Shown here in pieces: positions 27,301-40,213 of a DNA stretch of 64,000 nt. The stretch is from the NCBI GenBank assembly GCA_964016885.1, contig OZ024741.1, positions 3,968,001 to 4,032,000 on the forward strand, given 5' to 3'. This DNA comes from Eledone cirrhosa. Taxonomy: Eukaryota. Every line of letters starts with the position of its first letter. Position 1 is the first letter of the stretch. The translations under genes were made by a program, and so were the position numbers. The notes beneath the pieces were generated by a model. The model had not been told where the DNA came from, searched no databases, and worked only from the letters and a program-made list of their open reading frames with translations.

Positions 27301-30300
27301 CAGACTAGTCATAGATGGTATACAACTGTAGACGCAGACTAATCATAACGGTATACAACTGTATACGCAGAGCAGTCATAGTGGGTATACAGCTGTAGAC
27401 ACAGACTAGTCATAAACGGTATGCAACTCTAGACATAGACTAGTCATAGATGGTATACAACTGTAGACATAAACAAGTCATAGATGGTATACAACTGTAG
27501 ACACAGACTAGTCATAGACGGTATAAAACAGTAGAGAGAAACTAGTCATAGACAGTATACAACCGTAAACACATACATGTCATAGACGGTATACAACTGT
27601 AGACACCGACTAGTCATAGACGGTATGCAATTGTAGACATAGACAAATCATAGATGGTATACAACTGTAGGCACAGACGAGTCATAGACGGTATACAACT
27701 GTAGACACACACTAGTCATAGACGGTATACAACTGTAGACATAGACAGGTAATAGACGGCACACAACTGTAGACATAGACAAGTCATAGCTGGTATACAA
27801 CCTGAGACACAGACAAGTCATAGACGGTATACAACTGTAGACATAGACAAGTCTTAGATGGTATACAACTGTAGAGACAGGCAAGTCAAAGATGGTATAC
27901 AACTGTAGACACAGACTAGTCATGCGGTATACAACTTTAGACATAGACTAGTCATAGACAGTATACAGCCGTAGACACACACTAGTCATAGACGGTATAA
28001 AACTGTAGACATAGACAAGTCATAGATGGTATACAACTGTAGACACAGACTAGTCATATACGATATGCAACTGTAGACATAGACAAGTCATAGATGGTAT
28101 ACAACTGTAGACACTATCTAGTCATAGACGGTATACAACAGTAGAGAGAGACTAGTCATAGACGGTATAGAACTGTAGATACAGTCTAGTCATAGACGGT
28201 ATACAACTGTAGACATAGACCAGTCATAGACGGTATACAACTGTAGACATAGACAGGTAACAGACGGCACACAACTGTTGACATAGACAAGTCATAGCTG
28301 ATATACAACCTTAGACACAGACAAGTCATAGACGGTATACAACTGTAGACACAGACTAGTCATATGTGGTATACAACTGTAGACATAGACTAGTCATAGA
28401 CAGTATACAACCGGAAACACAGACAAATCATAGATGGTATACAACTGTAGGCACAGACTAGTCATAGACGGTATACAACTGTAGATACAGACTAGTCATA
28501 GACTGTATACAACTGTAGACACAAACTTATCATATGTGGTATACAACTGTAGACACAGACTAGTCATAGACGGTATACAATTGGAGACACAGACTACTCA
28601 TAGACGGTATACAACAGTAGAGAGAGAGACTAGTCATAGACGGTATACAACTGTAGACACAGACTAGTCATTGAGGGTATAAAACAGTAGAGTGAGACTA
28701 GTCATAGACTGTATACAACTGTAGACATAGACCAGTCATAGCCGGTATACACCTGTAGACATAGACAAGTAATAGGCGGAATACAACTGTAGACCCACAC
28801 TAGTCAGAGACGGTATACACTTGTAGACATAGACTAGTCATAGACGGTATACAATTGTAGACACAGACTAGTCTTAGAAGGCATACAACTGTAGACACAG
28901 ACTCGTCATAGACGGTATACCACTGTAGACAGAGACTACTTACAGACGCTATACGACTGTAGACATAGACCAGTCATAGACGGTATACAATTGTAGATAT
29001 AGACAGGTAATAGACGGCACATAACTGGAGACATAGACAATTCATAGATGGTATACATCGGTAGACACAGTCTAGTCATACACGATATACAACTGTAGAC
29101 ACAGACTAGTCATAGAGGGTATACAACTGCAGACACAAACTAGTCACAGACGGTATACAATTGTAGATAGAGACACGTAATAGACGGCACACAACTGGAG
29201 ACATAGACTAGACATAGACGGTATACAACAGTAGACACAGACTAGTCATAGATGGTATAAAACTGTAGATGGTAGACAACCTTAGACACAGACAAGTCAT
29301 AGACGGTATACAATTGTAGATACAGACTAGTCATATGCGGTATACAATTGTAGATATAGACTAGTCATAGACGGTATAAAACATGAGACACAGACTAGTT
29401 ATAGACGGTATACAACTGTAGACAGAGACTAGTCTTCGGCGGCATACAACCTTAGACACAGACAAGTCATAGACGGTATACAACTGTAGACATAGACATG
29501 TCATAGATGGTATACAACTGTAGACACAGACTAGTCATAGACGGTATACAACTGTAGACATAGACTAGTCATAGACAGTGTACAACCGTAAACACAGACA
29601 AATCATAGACGGTATACAACTGTAGACACAGACTAGTCATAGACGGTACACAACAGTTGAGAGAGACTAGTCATAGACGGTATATAACTGTAGACACAGA
29701 CTAGTCATAGACGGTATACAACTGTAGACATAGACCAGTCATAGACGGTATACAACTGTAGACATAGACAGGTAATAGACGGCACACAACTGTAGACACA
29801 GACTAGTCATATGCGGTATACAACTGTAGACATAGACTAGTCATAGACCCTATACAGCCGTAGATACAGACTAGTCAGAGACGGTATACAACTGTAGAGA
29901 TGAACAAATCATAGATGGTATACAAGTGTAGTCACAGACAAGTCATAGGCGGTATACAACTGTAGACACAGACAAGTCATAGATGATGTACAACTGTAGA
30001 CACAGATTAGTCATAGACGGTATACAACTGTAGACATAGACTAGTCATAGATGGTATACAACTGTAGACACTATCTAGTCATAGACGGTATACAACTGTA
30101 GAGAAACTAGTCATAGACGGCATACAACAGTAGACAGAGACTAGTCATAGACGGTATACAACTGTAGACACAGACTAGTCATAGACAGTATACAACTGTA
30201 GACACAGACTAGTCATAGACGGTATACAACTGTAGACACAACTAGTCATAGACCGTATACAACTGTATTCACAGACAAGTCATAGACGGTATACAACTGT

Positions 30301-31272
30301 AGTCATAGACTAGTCGTAGATGGTATACAACCTTAGACACAGACAATTCATAGATGGTATACAACTGTAGACACAGACTAGTCATATGCGCTATACAACT
30401 GTAGACATAGACTAGTCATAGACAGTATACAACAGTAGACACACCCTAGTCATAGACGGTATACAACTGTAGACAGAGACTACTCAGAGACGGTATACAA
30501 CTGTAGACACGAACTAGTCATAGACGGTATACAACTGTAGACAGAGACTAGTCATAGACGGTAAAAAACTGTAGACACAGACTAGTCTTCGACGGCATAC
30601 AACTGCAGACACAGACTAGTCATAGACGGTATACAACTGTAGACAGAGACTACTCTTAGACGGCATACAACTGTAGACACAAACTAGTCATAGACGGTAT
30701 ACAACTGTAGACAGAGACTACTCAGAGACGGTATACAACTGTAGACACAAACTAGTCATAGACGGTATACAACTGTAGACACAGACTAGTCATAGACTGT
30801 AGACAACTGTAGATACAGACTAGTCATAGACGGTATACATCAGTAGACAGAGACTAGTCATAGACGGTATACAACTGTAGACACAGACTAGTCATAGACG
30901 CTATACCGCTGTAGACATAGACCAGTCATAGACGGTGTACAACTGTAGACACAGACAAGTCATAGACGGTATACAACTGTAGACACAGACAGGTAATAGA
31001 CGGCATACAACTGTAGACATAGACAAGTCATAGATGGTATACAACTGTAGACACAGTCTAGTCATAGACCGTATACAACTGTAGACACAGACTAATCATA
31101 GACGGCATACAACTGTAGACAGACTAGTCATAGACGGCATACAACTGTAGATACAGACTTGTCATAGACGGTATACAACTGTAGACAGAGACTAGTCATA
31201 TGTGGTATACAACTGTAGACATAGACATGACATAGATGGTATACAACCTTAGACACAGACAATTCATAGACA
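18351..31272. repeat. 34-bp tandem satellite (~12.9 kb, ~380 copies) with an internal inversion
   Basis: Consensus gactagtcatagacggtatacaactgtagacaca; segment ~25334-26050 is in reverse orientation. Confidence 0.98.
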
Positions 31273-31363
31273 ATGCTCGTTGTGTTTGTAAACAAACCAC
31301 CCGAATTAAGCCGTACAGTGTCTAGCAACTATCGTTGCTCATTTGTTCCACCCTGACAAAGGA

Positions 31364-31406
31364 ACGCTGTACTAGTTTCAAGCTTATCAGCTATCGTCAG
31401 CAACGT
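31364..31406 (-). ncRNA. Minimal type I hammerhead ribozyme (mirror copy; loop II GAUA)
   Basis: Reverse complement of 31922-31964; the only change is in loop II. Confidence 0.88.
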
Positions 31407-31921
31407 ATACCCTCCTGCCAGATGATGGAACGTCTGAAAGTATATACTTTCCTTATGCATAGTAACGACTGAGCAGCCCAATTTGCATATGGAGTGAGTT
31501 AATCGGCCGGGGTACTGAAAACGATAAACGGAAAAAATGAAACGAAATTTCATTTCCCACTCTTAGTACGGCTGTTACTTAAATATAAGTATGTACACGT
31601 ACATACATATATGTATACAGACGTACAGTAGTATGTATATATATATACATACATGCACACATATATATATGTACGTATGGATTCACCGAACATTTATTAT
31701 AATGCTCGGTGTGTTTGTAAACATATATGTTTGTACGTGTACATACTTATATTTAAGTAACAGCCGTACTAAGAGTGGGCAATGAAATTTCGTTTCATTT
31801 TTTCCGTTTATCGTTTTCGGTGCACCCGGCCGATTAACCCACTCGATATGCAAATTGGGCTACTCAGCCGTTAATATGCATAAGGTAAGTATATACGTTC
31901 AACAATCTGGCAGTAAGGTAT

Positions 31922-31964
31922 ACGTTGCTGACGATAGCTAATAAGCTTGAAACTAGTACAGCGT
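31922..31964 (+). ncRNA. Minimal type I hammerhead ribozyme
   Basis: ACGUUG-CUGACGA-uAGCU AAUA AGCUu-GAAA-CUAG-U-A-CAGCGU. 6-bp stem I, 4-bp stem II, palindromic stem III ACUAGU, GUA cleavage triplet. Confidence 0.88.
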
Positions 31965-32167
31965 TCCTTTGTCAGTGTTGAACAAACGAGCAACGATGGT
32001 TGCTGGACACTACGGCTTAATACGGGATGTTTGTTTACAAACACACCGAGCATTATAATAAATGTTCGGTGAATCCATACGTAAATATATATATGTGTGC
32101 ATGTATGTATATATATATACATACTACTGTACATCTGTATACATATATGTATGTACGTGTACATACT

Positions 32168-32253
<86 letters not shown>

Positions 32254-33849
32254 ATTAAATAAATGGAAAACTATATTTATAAAACCATATTTATTTCATT
32301 ATATATATTTCGGGGATATCATATTAACAATATGCTATGCCTTCATCAGACAAAATACAATATAAACAGTTTTATAGACAAATAGGTTCGACATACCGTT
32401 ATAACACCGACTTCATTTGAAGAGGTTTACTCTGGCTGTGAAAAAATTTTACACAGAGAGAAAGAAAAAGAGAGAAAACAGAAAGAAAGACAGAAAACGA
32501 AGAAAAGGAAGAAAAAAAAGGAAGAAAAAGAAGAGAAAGAGGAAATGCATGGAACAAAATAGAGAGATGGAAAGATAGATAAAGCGAAGAACTTCATGTA
32601 AAGAAACAGAAAGAGATATATATATATAGAGAGAGAGGAAATAGAGATAGATACATATATATATATAGAAAATTAGGTAGTGGGAGGTCATTTTGAGTAA
32701 ATGTATCAATGATACGTTTATTTATTTATTTATTTATTTAGCTCAAGTATTAATGTAAGGGAGATATATATATAGAGAAAAAAATATAGAGAGAGGAGAG
32801 GAAAAAAAATATAGAGAGAGGAAAAAAATAGCGAGAGAAAAAAATTTAAAAATAGCCAGATATATTCGAGGCGTAAAAACCCTATGTTTTAATGTATTAA
32901 TATTTATAAAACTTCCACTATATTGTAAATATCAGTATTCCTGAATGAGACAAGTATCTATAATGTGTGAAAATTAATTATCTTATGTTTAGTTTTAAAA
33001 AAAATTCATATGTTTATGTGACAGCTACAAACATCCATGCGAATCTAACTGATTCACCCTGCAAACTCTAAGTTCACGGAAAACGTTCTCAATGTGGTAT
33101 AAAAATTTGAGCATACAAATATGTGTATTATTATTCATGTCATTACTCTACCAGATTGTCTATCAAGCAGAAGTAGAGAGCAGATTTCAATATACTAATA
33201 AAAATATATATCATAAACAAAACTAAAAATAAAAAGATAACAATAATAATAATAAGTAAAAATATAGAATATAACACTAAAAAAATTAAAAAATTAAAAT
33301 ATTACGAAAGAATATTACATAATAAAAATATTATATATTAAGCATACTACGTATTAAAAAATATTACGTATTAAAAATTTACATATTAAAGATATTAAAA
33401 ATACAATAAAAATAAAAAATAAAAAATATTATAGAATACTACAATAATAAAAATAAAAATAAAAATAAAAATAAAAATAAAAATAAAAATACACCACAAA
33501 GATCAACCCTTCAAAGTTAATTGACAATATATTGCCAAGTTCTTTACAAGACAAAGCCAAAAATTATCCATCAAATCACATCTAGCAAAGATCATTTCAA
33601 AAAGATTATGATGTCCAATTAGGTCTATATATGTTCTTATATTTAATATAGAAGTTTATCTAGTGTAAGGTTTATTCAAAAATTTGGAGCATCAGCTTTT
33701 AGGGTAGCTTAATTTTTCATGAGGAATGTTTAGATAAAAATAAAATAAAAATAAACAATAAAAAGAGAGTAAAAAGAAGGAATCAAAGATTTAGGAATCA
33801 AAAATTTATCGGCTAGTTTCCCATATAAATATAAATCAAACTAAATATA

Positions 33850-35415
33850 CTACATTTTAAATTTAAATTTATATTTAAACGTTGAGTTTAATCTATGTTT
33901 GCAACAACTGAATAAATTTGTCCGTAGGTTAAGGGAATTTTTAGATTTTAGTATAAAGAATATCTCCTCTGCGCAGAGGTCACATGTCTCAGAGGATGAA
34001 TTAAAAGGAATCCCTCTTGAGACTATATTCCAAGCCGTCGAATATCTAACGTTATCTAGCTTAAGTTGCCAGAGTACGCCTGATAGTGCCGTTGAAGATT
34101 TTTTATTTGGATCTGTGAAAGAATACTTGTGGTTATTATAGCGAAGTTTAAATTCCGTCGATGTGGAACCGACGTAGTTAAAATAATTAGCGTCAGTATT
34201 AACATTACAATTGTATACTATATTTTTAACTAAGCAGTTGTTATTTAACGGACATTTAGATCTATCTCTACAGTTACATTTGTTAACTTGTATATTATTT
34301 ATGCTATTATCAGTAGGTTTTAAGTTCCTATTATTTATTCTATTAATATTTTGTGCTAAATTTTTGGTGGATGAGTAGGTTAATTTAATTGTATGCCTAT
34401 TGAAAATTGAGTGATACCTATGTGTTCTAGGGAAGCGATTATCAAGAGCTTTGAAAAATAATTTAGCGATGTGGGTTTTAATGTTTAGTGAGAAAGGGGG
34501 GGCAAACCAAATTATGTTCCTAGTTCTATTTCTTTTTTGTCCTTTGGAATTATTGTAATGCTTTCTATTATAGTTGTTAATGTTGTTGCCGTAATTAAAA
34601 AAGTTGTTACTTTGTTTAGTTTGTCTATCATTATCTATGTACACAATCTTATCAGCATATCCTGCCCTAGCTAGTGCTTCATTATAGTATTGGGCCTTTT
34701 CGTCGAAAATCAATCTATTCGACGAGATCCTAGAGATACGTTTTTGAACTGAGTTTACTATAGTGTTTTTGACAGATCTGGGGTGGTTAGAGTTAAAGTT
34801 GACATAGTTTAAGTTTTCATTCAACTTGTGAAAAGGATAGTGGAGACATGTGTTGAGATTTAATGTTATATCTAGGAAATTGACTATTCTATGGTTGTTC
34901 TCAATTTCTATTTTAAGGTTAAAGTAATTAAAAAATTTTGTAATTTGTTTACATTTTCTATTTAGTTCAGGGTTATTATTATTAATAAGTAAAAGCATGT
35001 CATCCCTATATAAACCTCCGGTAGTACCAGGTATTTTCCTATGTAGCGAATTGATTAAAAATAAGCCCACAAGGTCAGTTACCTGAGCTGAGTCGGAAGA
35101 TCCCATAGTTATGTCAAAATTGCTATCTCTATCTGCTCTGGTCCATAATTTGTCATTAAATTCTATCAAAGTTTTCCTAGCCGATAATATAATATGCATT
35201 TCTTTGCTAGTTAGGTCAGTATGTTTGAATGCGTAATTTAGTGCCTTATTTAGTAGACTAGGGGTAATAGAAGAATAATAGTTAGCTATATCGAGTTGAA
35301 TAAACCTATTATTATTGTTATATTTAATTTGCCTAAACCACTCAACAACCTCTCCAGTTCCCTTCCACAAGCTCAGGTTAGATACACAATCCAAGTTCTT
35401 AATTTGCTGTATCAC
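33850..35415 (-). CDS. PLE RT plus C-terminal GIY-YIG endonuclease (5'-truncated, open frame)
   Basis: LDIANYYSSI, FDITMGS, YRDD, VNFLDITLNL, SNHP, CNC..CPL..C, IVY..YVGST..FKLRYNNH, CDLC. Confidence 0.92.
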   Translation of the reverse strand: MIQQIKNLDCVSNLSLWKGTGEVVEWFRQIKYNNNNRFIQLDIANYYSSITPSLLNKALNYAFKHTDLTSKEMHIILSARKTLIEFNDKLWTRADRDSNFDITMGSSDSAQVTDLVGLFLINSLHRKIPGTTGGLYRDDMLLLINNNNPELNRKCKQITKFFNYFNLKIEIENNHRIVNFLDITLNLNTCLHYPFHKLNENLNYVNFNSNHPRSVKNTIVNSVQKRISRISSNRLIFDEKAQYYNEALARAGYADKIVYIDNDRQTKQSNNFFNYGNNINNYNRKHYNNSKGQKRNRTRNIIWFAPPFSLNIKTHIAKLFFKALDNRFPRTHRYHSIFNRHTIKLTYSSTKNLAQNINRINNRNLKPTDNSINNIQVNKCNCRDRSKCPLNNNCLVKNIVYNCNVNTDANYFNYVGSTSTEFKLRYNNHKYSFTDPNKKSSTALSGVLWQLKLDNVRYSTAWNIVSRGIPFNSSSETCDLCAEEIFFILKSKNSLNLRTNLFSCCKHRLNSTFKYKFKFKM

Positions 35416-35488
35416 CCTGTCAAGAATGTTTTTGCTTAATTTGCCCAGGTCCGATTTTAATCGGACCTGGGCAAATTAAGCAAAAACA

Positions 35489-37033
35489 TTGGATTGTGTA
35501 TCTAACCTGAGCTTGTGGAAGGGAACTGGAGAGGTTGTTGAGTGGTTTAGGCAAATTAAATATAACAATAATAATAGGTTTATTCAACTCGATATAGCTA
35601 ACTATTATTCTTCTATTACCCCTAGTCTACTAAATAAGGCACTAAATTACGCATTCAAACATACTGACCTAACTAGCAAAGAAATGCATATTATATTATC
35701 GGCTAGGAAAACTTTGATAGAATTTAATGACAAATTATGGACCAGAGCAGATAGAGATAGCAATTTTGACATAACTATGGGATCTTCCGACTCAGCTCAG
35801 GTAACTGACCTTGTGGGCTTATTTTTAATCAATTCGCTACATAGGAAAATACCTGGTACTACCGGAGGTTTATATAGGGATGACATGCTTTTACTTATTA
35901 ATAATAATAACCCTGAACTAAATAGAAAATGTAAACAAATTACAAAATTTTTTAATTACTTTAACCTTAAAATAGAAATTGAGAACAACCATAGAATAGT
36001 CAATTTCCTAGATATAACATTAAATCTCAACACATGTCTCCACTATCCTTTTCACAAGTTGAATGAAAACTTAAACTATGTCAACTTTAACTCTAACCAC
36101 CCCAGATCTGTCAAAAACACTATAGTAAACTCAGTTCAAAAACGTATCTCTAGGATCTCGTCGAATAGATTGATTTTCGACGAAAAGGCCCAATACTATA
36201 ATGAAGCACTAGCTAGGGCAGGATATGCTGATAAGATTGTGTACATAGATAATGATAGACAAACTAAACAAAGTAACAACTTTTTTAATTACGGCAACAA
36301 CATTAACAACTATAATAGAAAGCATTACAATAATTCCAAAGGACAAAAAAGAAATAGAACTAGGAACATAATTTGGTTTGCCCCCCCTTTCTCACTAAAC
36401 ATTAAAACCCACATCGCTAAATTATTTTTCAAAGCTCTTGATAATCGCTTCCCTAGAACACATAGGTATCACTCAATTTTCAATAGGCATACAATTAAAT
36501 TAACCTACTCATCCACCAAAAATTTAGCACAAAATATTAATAGAATAAATAATAGGAACTTAAAACCTACTGATAATAGCATAAATAATATACAAGTTAA
36601 CAAATGTAACTGTAGAGATAGATCTAAATGTCCGTTAAATAACAACTGCTTAGTTAAAAATATAGTATACAATTGTAATGTTAATACTGACGCTAATTAT
36701 TTTAACTACGTCGGTTCCACATCGACGGAATTTAAACTTCGCTATAATAACCACAAGTATTCTTTCACAGATCCAAATAAAAAATCTTCAACGGCACTAT
36801 CAGGCGTACTCTGGCAACTTAAGCTAGATAACGTTAGATATTCGACGGCTTGGAATATAGTCTCAAGAGGGATTCCTTTTAATTCATCCTCTGAGACATG
36901 TGACCTCTGCGCAGAGGAGATATTCTTTATACTAAAATCTAAAAATTCCCTTAACCTACGGACAAATTTATTCAGTTGTTGCAAACATAGATTAAACTCA
37001 ACGTTTAAATATAAATTTAAATTTAAAATGTAG
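35489..37033 (+). CDS. PLE RT plus GIY-YIG endonuclease (mirror copy)
   Basis: Same protein as 33850-35415 apart from the first residues. Confidence 0.92.
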   Translation: MDCVSNLSLWKGTGEVVEWFRQIKYNNNNRFIQLDIANYYSSITPSLLNKALNYAFKHTDLTSKEMHIILSARKTLIEFNDKLWTRADRDSNFDITMGSSDSAQVTDLVGLFLINSLHRKIPGTTGGLYRDDMLLLINNNNPELNRKCKQITKFFNYFNLKIEIENNHRIVNFLDITLNLNTCLHYPFHKLNENLNYVNFNSNHPRSVKNTIVNSVQKRISRISSNRLIFDEKAQYYNEALARAGYADKIVYIDNDRQTKQSNNFFNYGNNINNYNRKHYNNSKGQKRNRTRNIIWFAPPFSLNIKTHIAKLFFKALDNRFPRTHRYHSIFNRHTIKLTYSSTKNLAQNINRINNRNLKPTDNSINNIQVNKCNCRDRSKCPLNNNCLVKNIVYNCNVNTDANYFNYVGSTSTEFKLRYNNHKYSFTDPNKKSSTALSGVLWQLKLDNVRYSTAWNIVSRGIPFNSSSETCDLCAEEIFFILKSKNSLNLRTNLFSCCKHRLNSTFKYKFKFKM

Positions 37034-38526
37034 TATATTTAGTTTGATTTATATTTATATGGGAAACTAGCCGATAAATTTTTGATTCCTAAATCTTTGA
37101 TTCCTTCTTTTTACTCTCTTTTTATTGTTTATTTTTATTTTATTTTTATCTAAACATTCCTCATGAAAAATTAAGCTACCCTAAAAGCTGATGCTCCAAA
37201 TTTTTGAATAAACCTTACACTAGATAAACTTCTATATTAAATATAAGAACATATATAGACCTAATTGGACATCATAATCTTTTTGAAATGATCTTTGCTA
37301 GATGTGATTTGATGGATAATTTTTGGCTTTGTCTTGTAAAGAACTTGGCAATATATTGTCAATTAACTTTGAAGGGTTGATCTTTGTGGTGTATTTTTAT
37401 TTTTATTTTTATTTTTATTTTTATTTTTATTTTTATTATTGTAGTATTCTATAATATTTTTTATTTTTTATTTTTATTGTATTTTTAATATCTTTAATAT
37501 GTAAATTTTTAATACGTAATATTTTTTAATACGTAGTATGCTTAATATATAATATTTTTATTATGTAATATTCTTTCGTAATATTTTAATTTTTTAATTT
37601 TTTTAGTGTTATATTCTATATTTTTACTTATTATTATTATTGTTATCTTTTTATTTTTAGTTTTGTTTATGATATATATTTTTATTAGTATATTGAAATC
37701 TGCTCTCTACTTCTGCTTGATAGACAATCTGGTAGAGTAATGACATGAATAATAATACACATATTTGTATGCTCAAATTTTTATACCACATTGAGAACGT
37801 TTTCCGTGAACTTAGAGTTTGCAGGGTGAATCAGTTAGATTCGCATGGATGTTTGTAGCTGTCACATAAACATATGAATTTTTTTTAAAACTAAACATAA
37901 GATAATTAATTTTCACACATTATAGATACTTGTCTCATTCAGGAATACTGATATTTACAATATAGTGGAAGTTTTATAAATATTAATACATTAAAACATA
38001 GGGTTTTTACGCCTCGAATATATCTGGCTATTTTTAAATTTTTTTCTCTCGCTATTTTTTTCCTCTCTCTATATTTTTTTTCCTCTCCTCTCTCTATATT
38101 TTTTTCTCTCTATATATATCTCCCTTACATTAATACTTGAGCTAAATAAATAAATAAATAAATAAACGTATCATTGATACATTTACTCAAAATGACCTCC
38201 CACTACCTAATTTTCTATATATATATATGTATCTATCTCTATTTCCTCTCTCTCTATATATATATATCTCTTTCTGTTTCTTTACATGAAGTTCTTCGCT
38301 TTATCTATCTTTCCATCTCTCTATTTTGTTCCATGCATTTCCTCTTTCTCTTCCTTTTCTTCCTTTTTTTTCTTCCTTTTCTTCGTTTTCTGTCTTTCTT
38401 TCTGTTTTCTCTCTTTTTCTTTCTCTCTGTGTAAATTTTTTCACAGCCAGAGTAAACCTCTTCAAATGAAGTCGGTGTTATAACGGTATGTCGAACCTAT
38501 TTGTCTATAAAACTGTTTATATTGTA

Positions 38527-38585
38527 TTTTGTCTGATGAAGGCATAGCATATTGTTAATATGATATCCCCGAAATATATATAATG
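38527..38585 (+). ncRNA. Hammerhead-like motif with extended stem II in the PLE 3' UTR (mirror at ~32297-32355, minus strand)
   Basis: CUGAUGA (38533) ..CAUAUU guu AAUAUG.. GAAA (38571), then palindromic AUAUAU; stem I pairing is poor. Confidence 0.5.
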
Positions 38586-38721
38586 AAATAAATATGGTTT
38601 TATAAATATAGTTTTCCATTTATTTAATATTGTAAATATACTCCAAATATTTGTCGAGTGCTTTTATACCAGTTATAAATATTTACTAGTTGTAACCCAA
38701 CAATTTTAAATATAACTTTCC

Positions 38722-38765
<44 letters not shown>

Positions 38766-39072
38766 TCATAAAGCGCGCTTAAAAGGAAGAAAAAGTGTGA
38801 AATGCTGATGTGATGTTGGTAGAACCCTTTCAAAAGTGTCAGTGAAATGAGTTGAAATGGCTCCAAGCGTGGTACCGAAAACTGGGTCATGGAATTGTCA
38901 CAGTGTGAGACTTCCACGTCATCGCTCAGATACTTTGACGTATGAGAGGGAATGTAATAATGTATATGTAGATGTATGTTTTTATATGTACATGTGTGTG
39001 TACGTATGTATGAGTGATTGTACACCCACAGCTCATATATATAAATGCATATATACGTACACACACACGCAA

Positions 39073-39118
<46 letters not shown>

Positions 39119-39284
39119 TTAGAGAGAGAGAGAGAGAAAGAGAGCGTGTGTGTATGTGTGTTTGAGTGCGCGCGTGTGTGTATGTGTGTGTGTGTGTGTG
39201 TTATATGTCTGTTCCACCAACACAGTATTATTGGCCTTCCTCAAAGCTAGGTTAACTGTTTTATATTTTTATTTGTTGTTATTA

Positions 39285-39315
39285 CTGTTGGTCGTTATTC
39301 AATCCAGCACAATAC

Positions 39316-39367
<52 letters not shown>

Positions 39368-39393
39368 GGTCGTTATTCAATCCAGCACAATAC

Positions 39394-39427
<34 letters not shown>

Positions 39428-39471
39428 GGTCGTTATTCAATCCAGCACAATACTGTTGTTGTTGTTGTTGC

Positions 39472-39521
<50 letters not shown>

Positions 39522-39627
39522 TTGTTGGTCGTTATTCAATCCAGCACAATACTGTTGTTGTTGTTGTTGCTGTTGTTGTTGTTGGTCGTTATTCAATCCA
39601 GCACAATACTGTTGTTGTTGTTGTTGC

Positions 39628-39673
<46 letters not shown>

Positions 39674-39717
39674 GGTCGTTATTCAATCCAGCACAATACT
39701 GTTGTTGTTGTTGTTGC

Positions 39718-39766
<49 letters not shown>

Positions 39767-39927
39767 GCTGTTGCTGTTGTTTTTGTCGTTGTTGCTGTTG
39801 TTGTTGTTGTTGTTATTGCTGTTGTTGTTGCTGTTGTTGCTGTTGTTGTTGTTGCTGTTGCTGTTGCTGTTGTTGTTGTTGTTGTTGTTGTTGTTGCTGT
39901 TGTTGTTGTTGTTGTTGCAGTTGCTGC

Positions 39928-39958
<31 letters not shown>

Positions 39959-40213
39959 GCTGTTGTTGTTGCTGTTGCTGTTGATGCTGTTGTTGTTGCT
40001 GTTGCTGTTGTTGTTGTTGTTGTTGTTGCTGTTGCTGTTGTTGTTGTTGCTGTTGCTGCTGTTGTTGCTGTTGTTGCTGTTGTTGCTGTTGCTGTTGTTG
40101 TTGTTGCTGTTGTTGGTGTTGGTGTTGTTGTTGTTGTTGTTGTTGTTGTTGCTGCTGCTGTTGTTGTTGTTGTTATTGTTGCTGCTGCTGCTGCTGCTGT
40201 TGTTGTTGTTGTT
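39285..40213. repeat. (GTT)n microsatellite containing six copies of a fixed 27-bp unit
   Basis: ggtcgttattcaatccagcacaatact at ~39290, 39368, 39428, 39527, 39584 and 39674, separated by variable (GTT)n; then pure (GTT/GCT)n. Confidence 0.95.

Larger units (their letters stand above)
31273..32172. mobile_element. Non-coding hammerhead element (retrozyme-like or non-autonomous PLE), inverted dimer of ~425-nt units
   Basis: 31273-31723(-) and 31722-32172(+) are diverged reverse complements. Each has a short terminal direct repeat and one hammerhead. Confidence 0.8.
32248..38723. mobile_element. Penelope-like element (Naiad-like), 6.4-kb head-to-head palindrome between (TA)n tracts
   Basis: Arms 32248-35456(-) and 35459-38634(+) are near-identical; the right arm continues ~90 bp to (TA)n. 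Centre ccgatt-tt-aatcgg. Confidence 0.95.

Noticed and set aside
18351-31272. Link between the satellite's ACTAGT and the hammerhead stem III ACTAGT of the adjacent element
   Set aside because: Only a 6-bp match; the satellite has no CUGANGA/GAAA core.
37160-37210. Possible SECIS (ATGA..AAA..GA) after the Naiad-like ORF, since some Naiads encode selenoproteins
   Set aside because: No in-frame TGA in the visible ORF, and helix II does not pair well enough.
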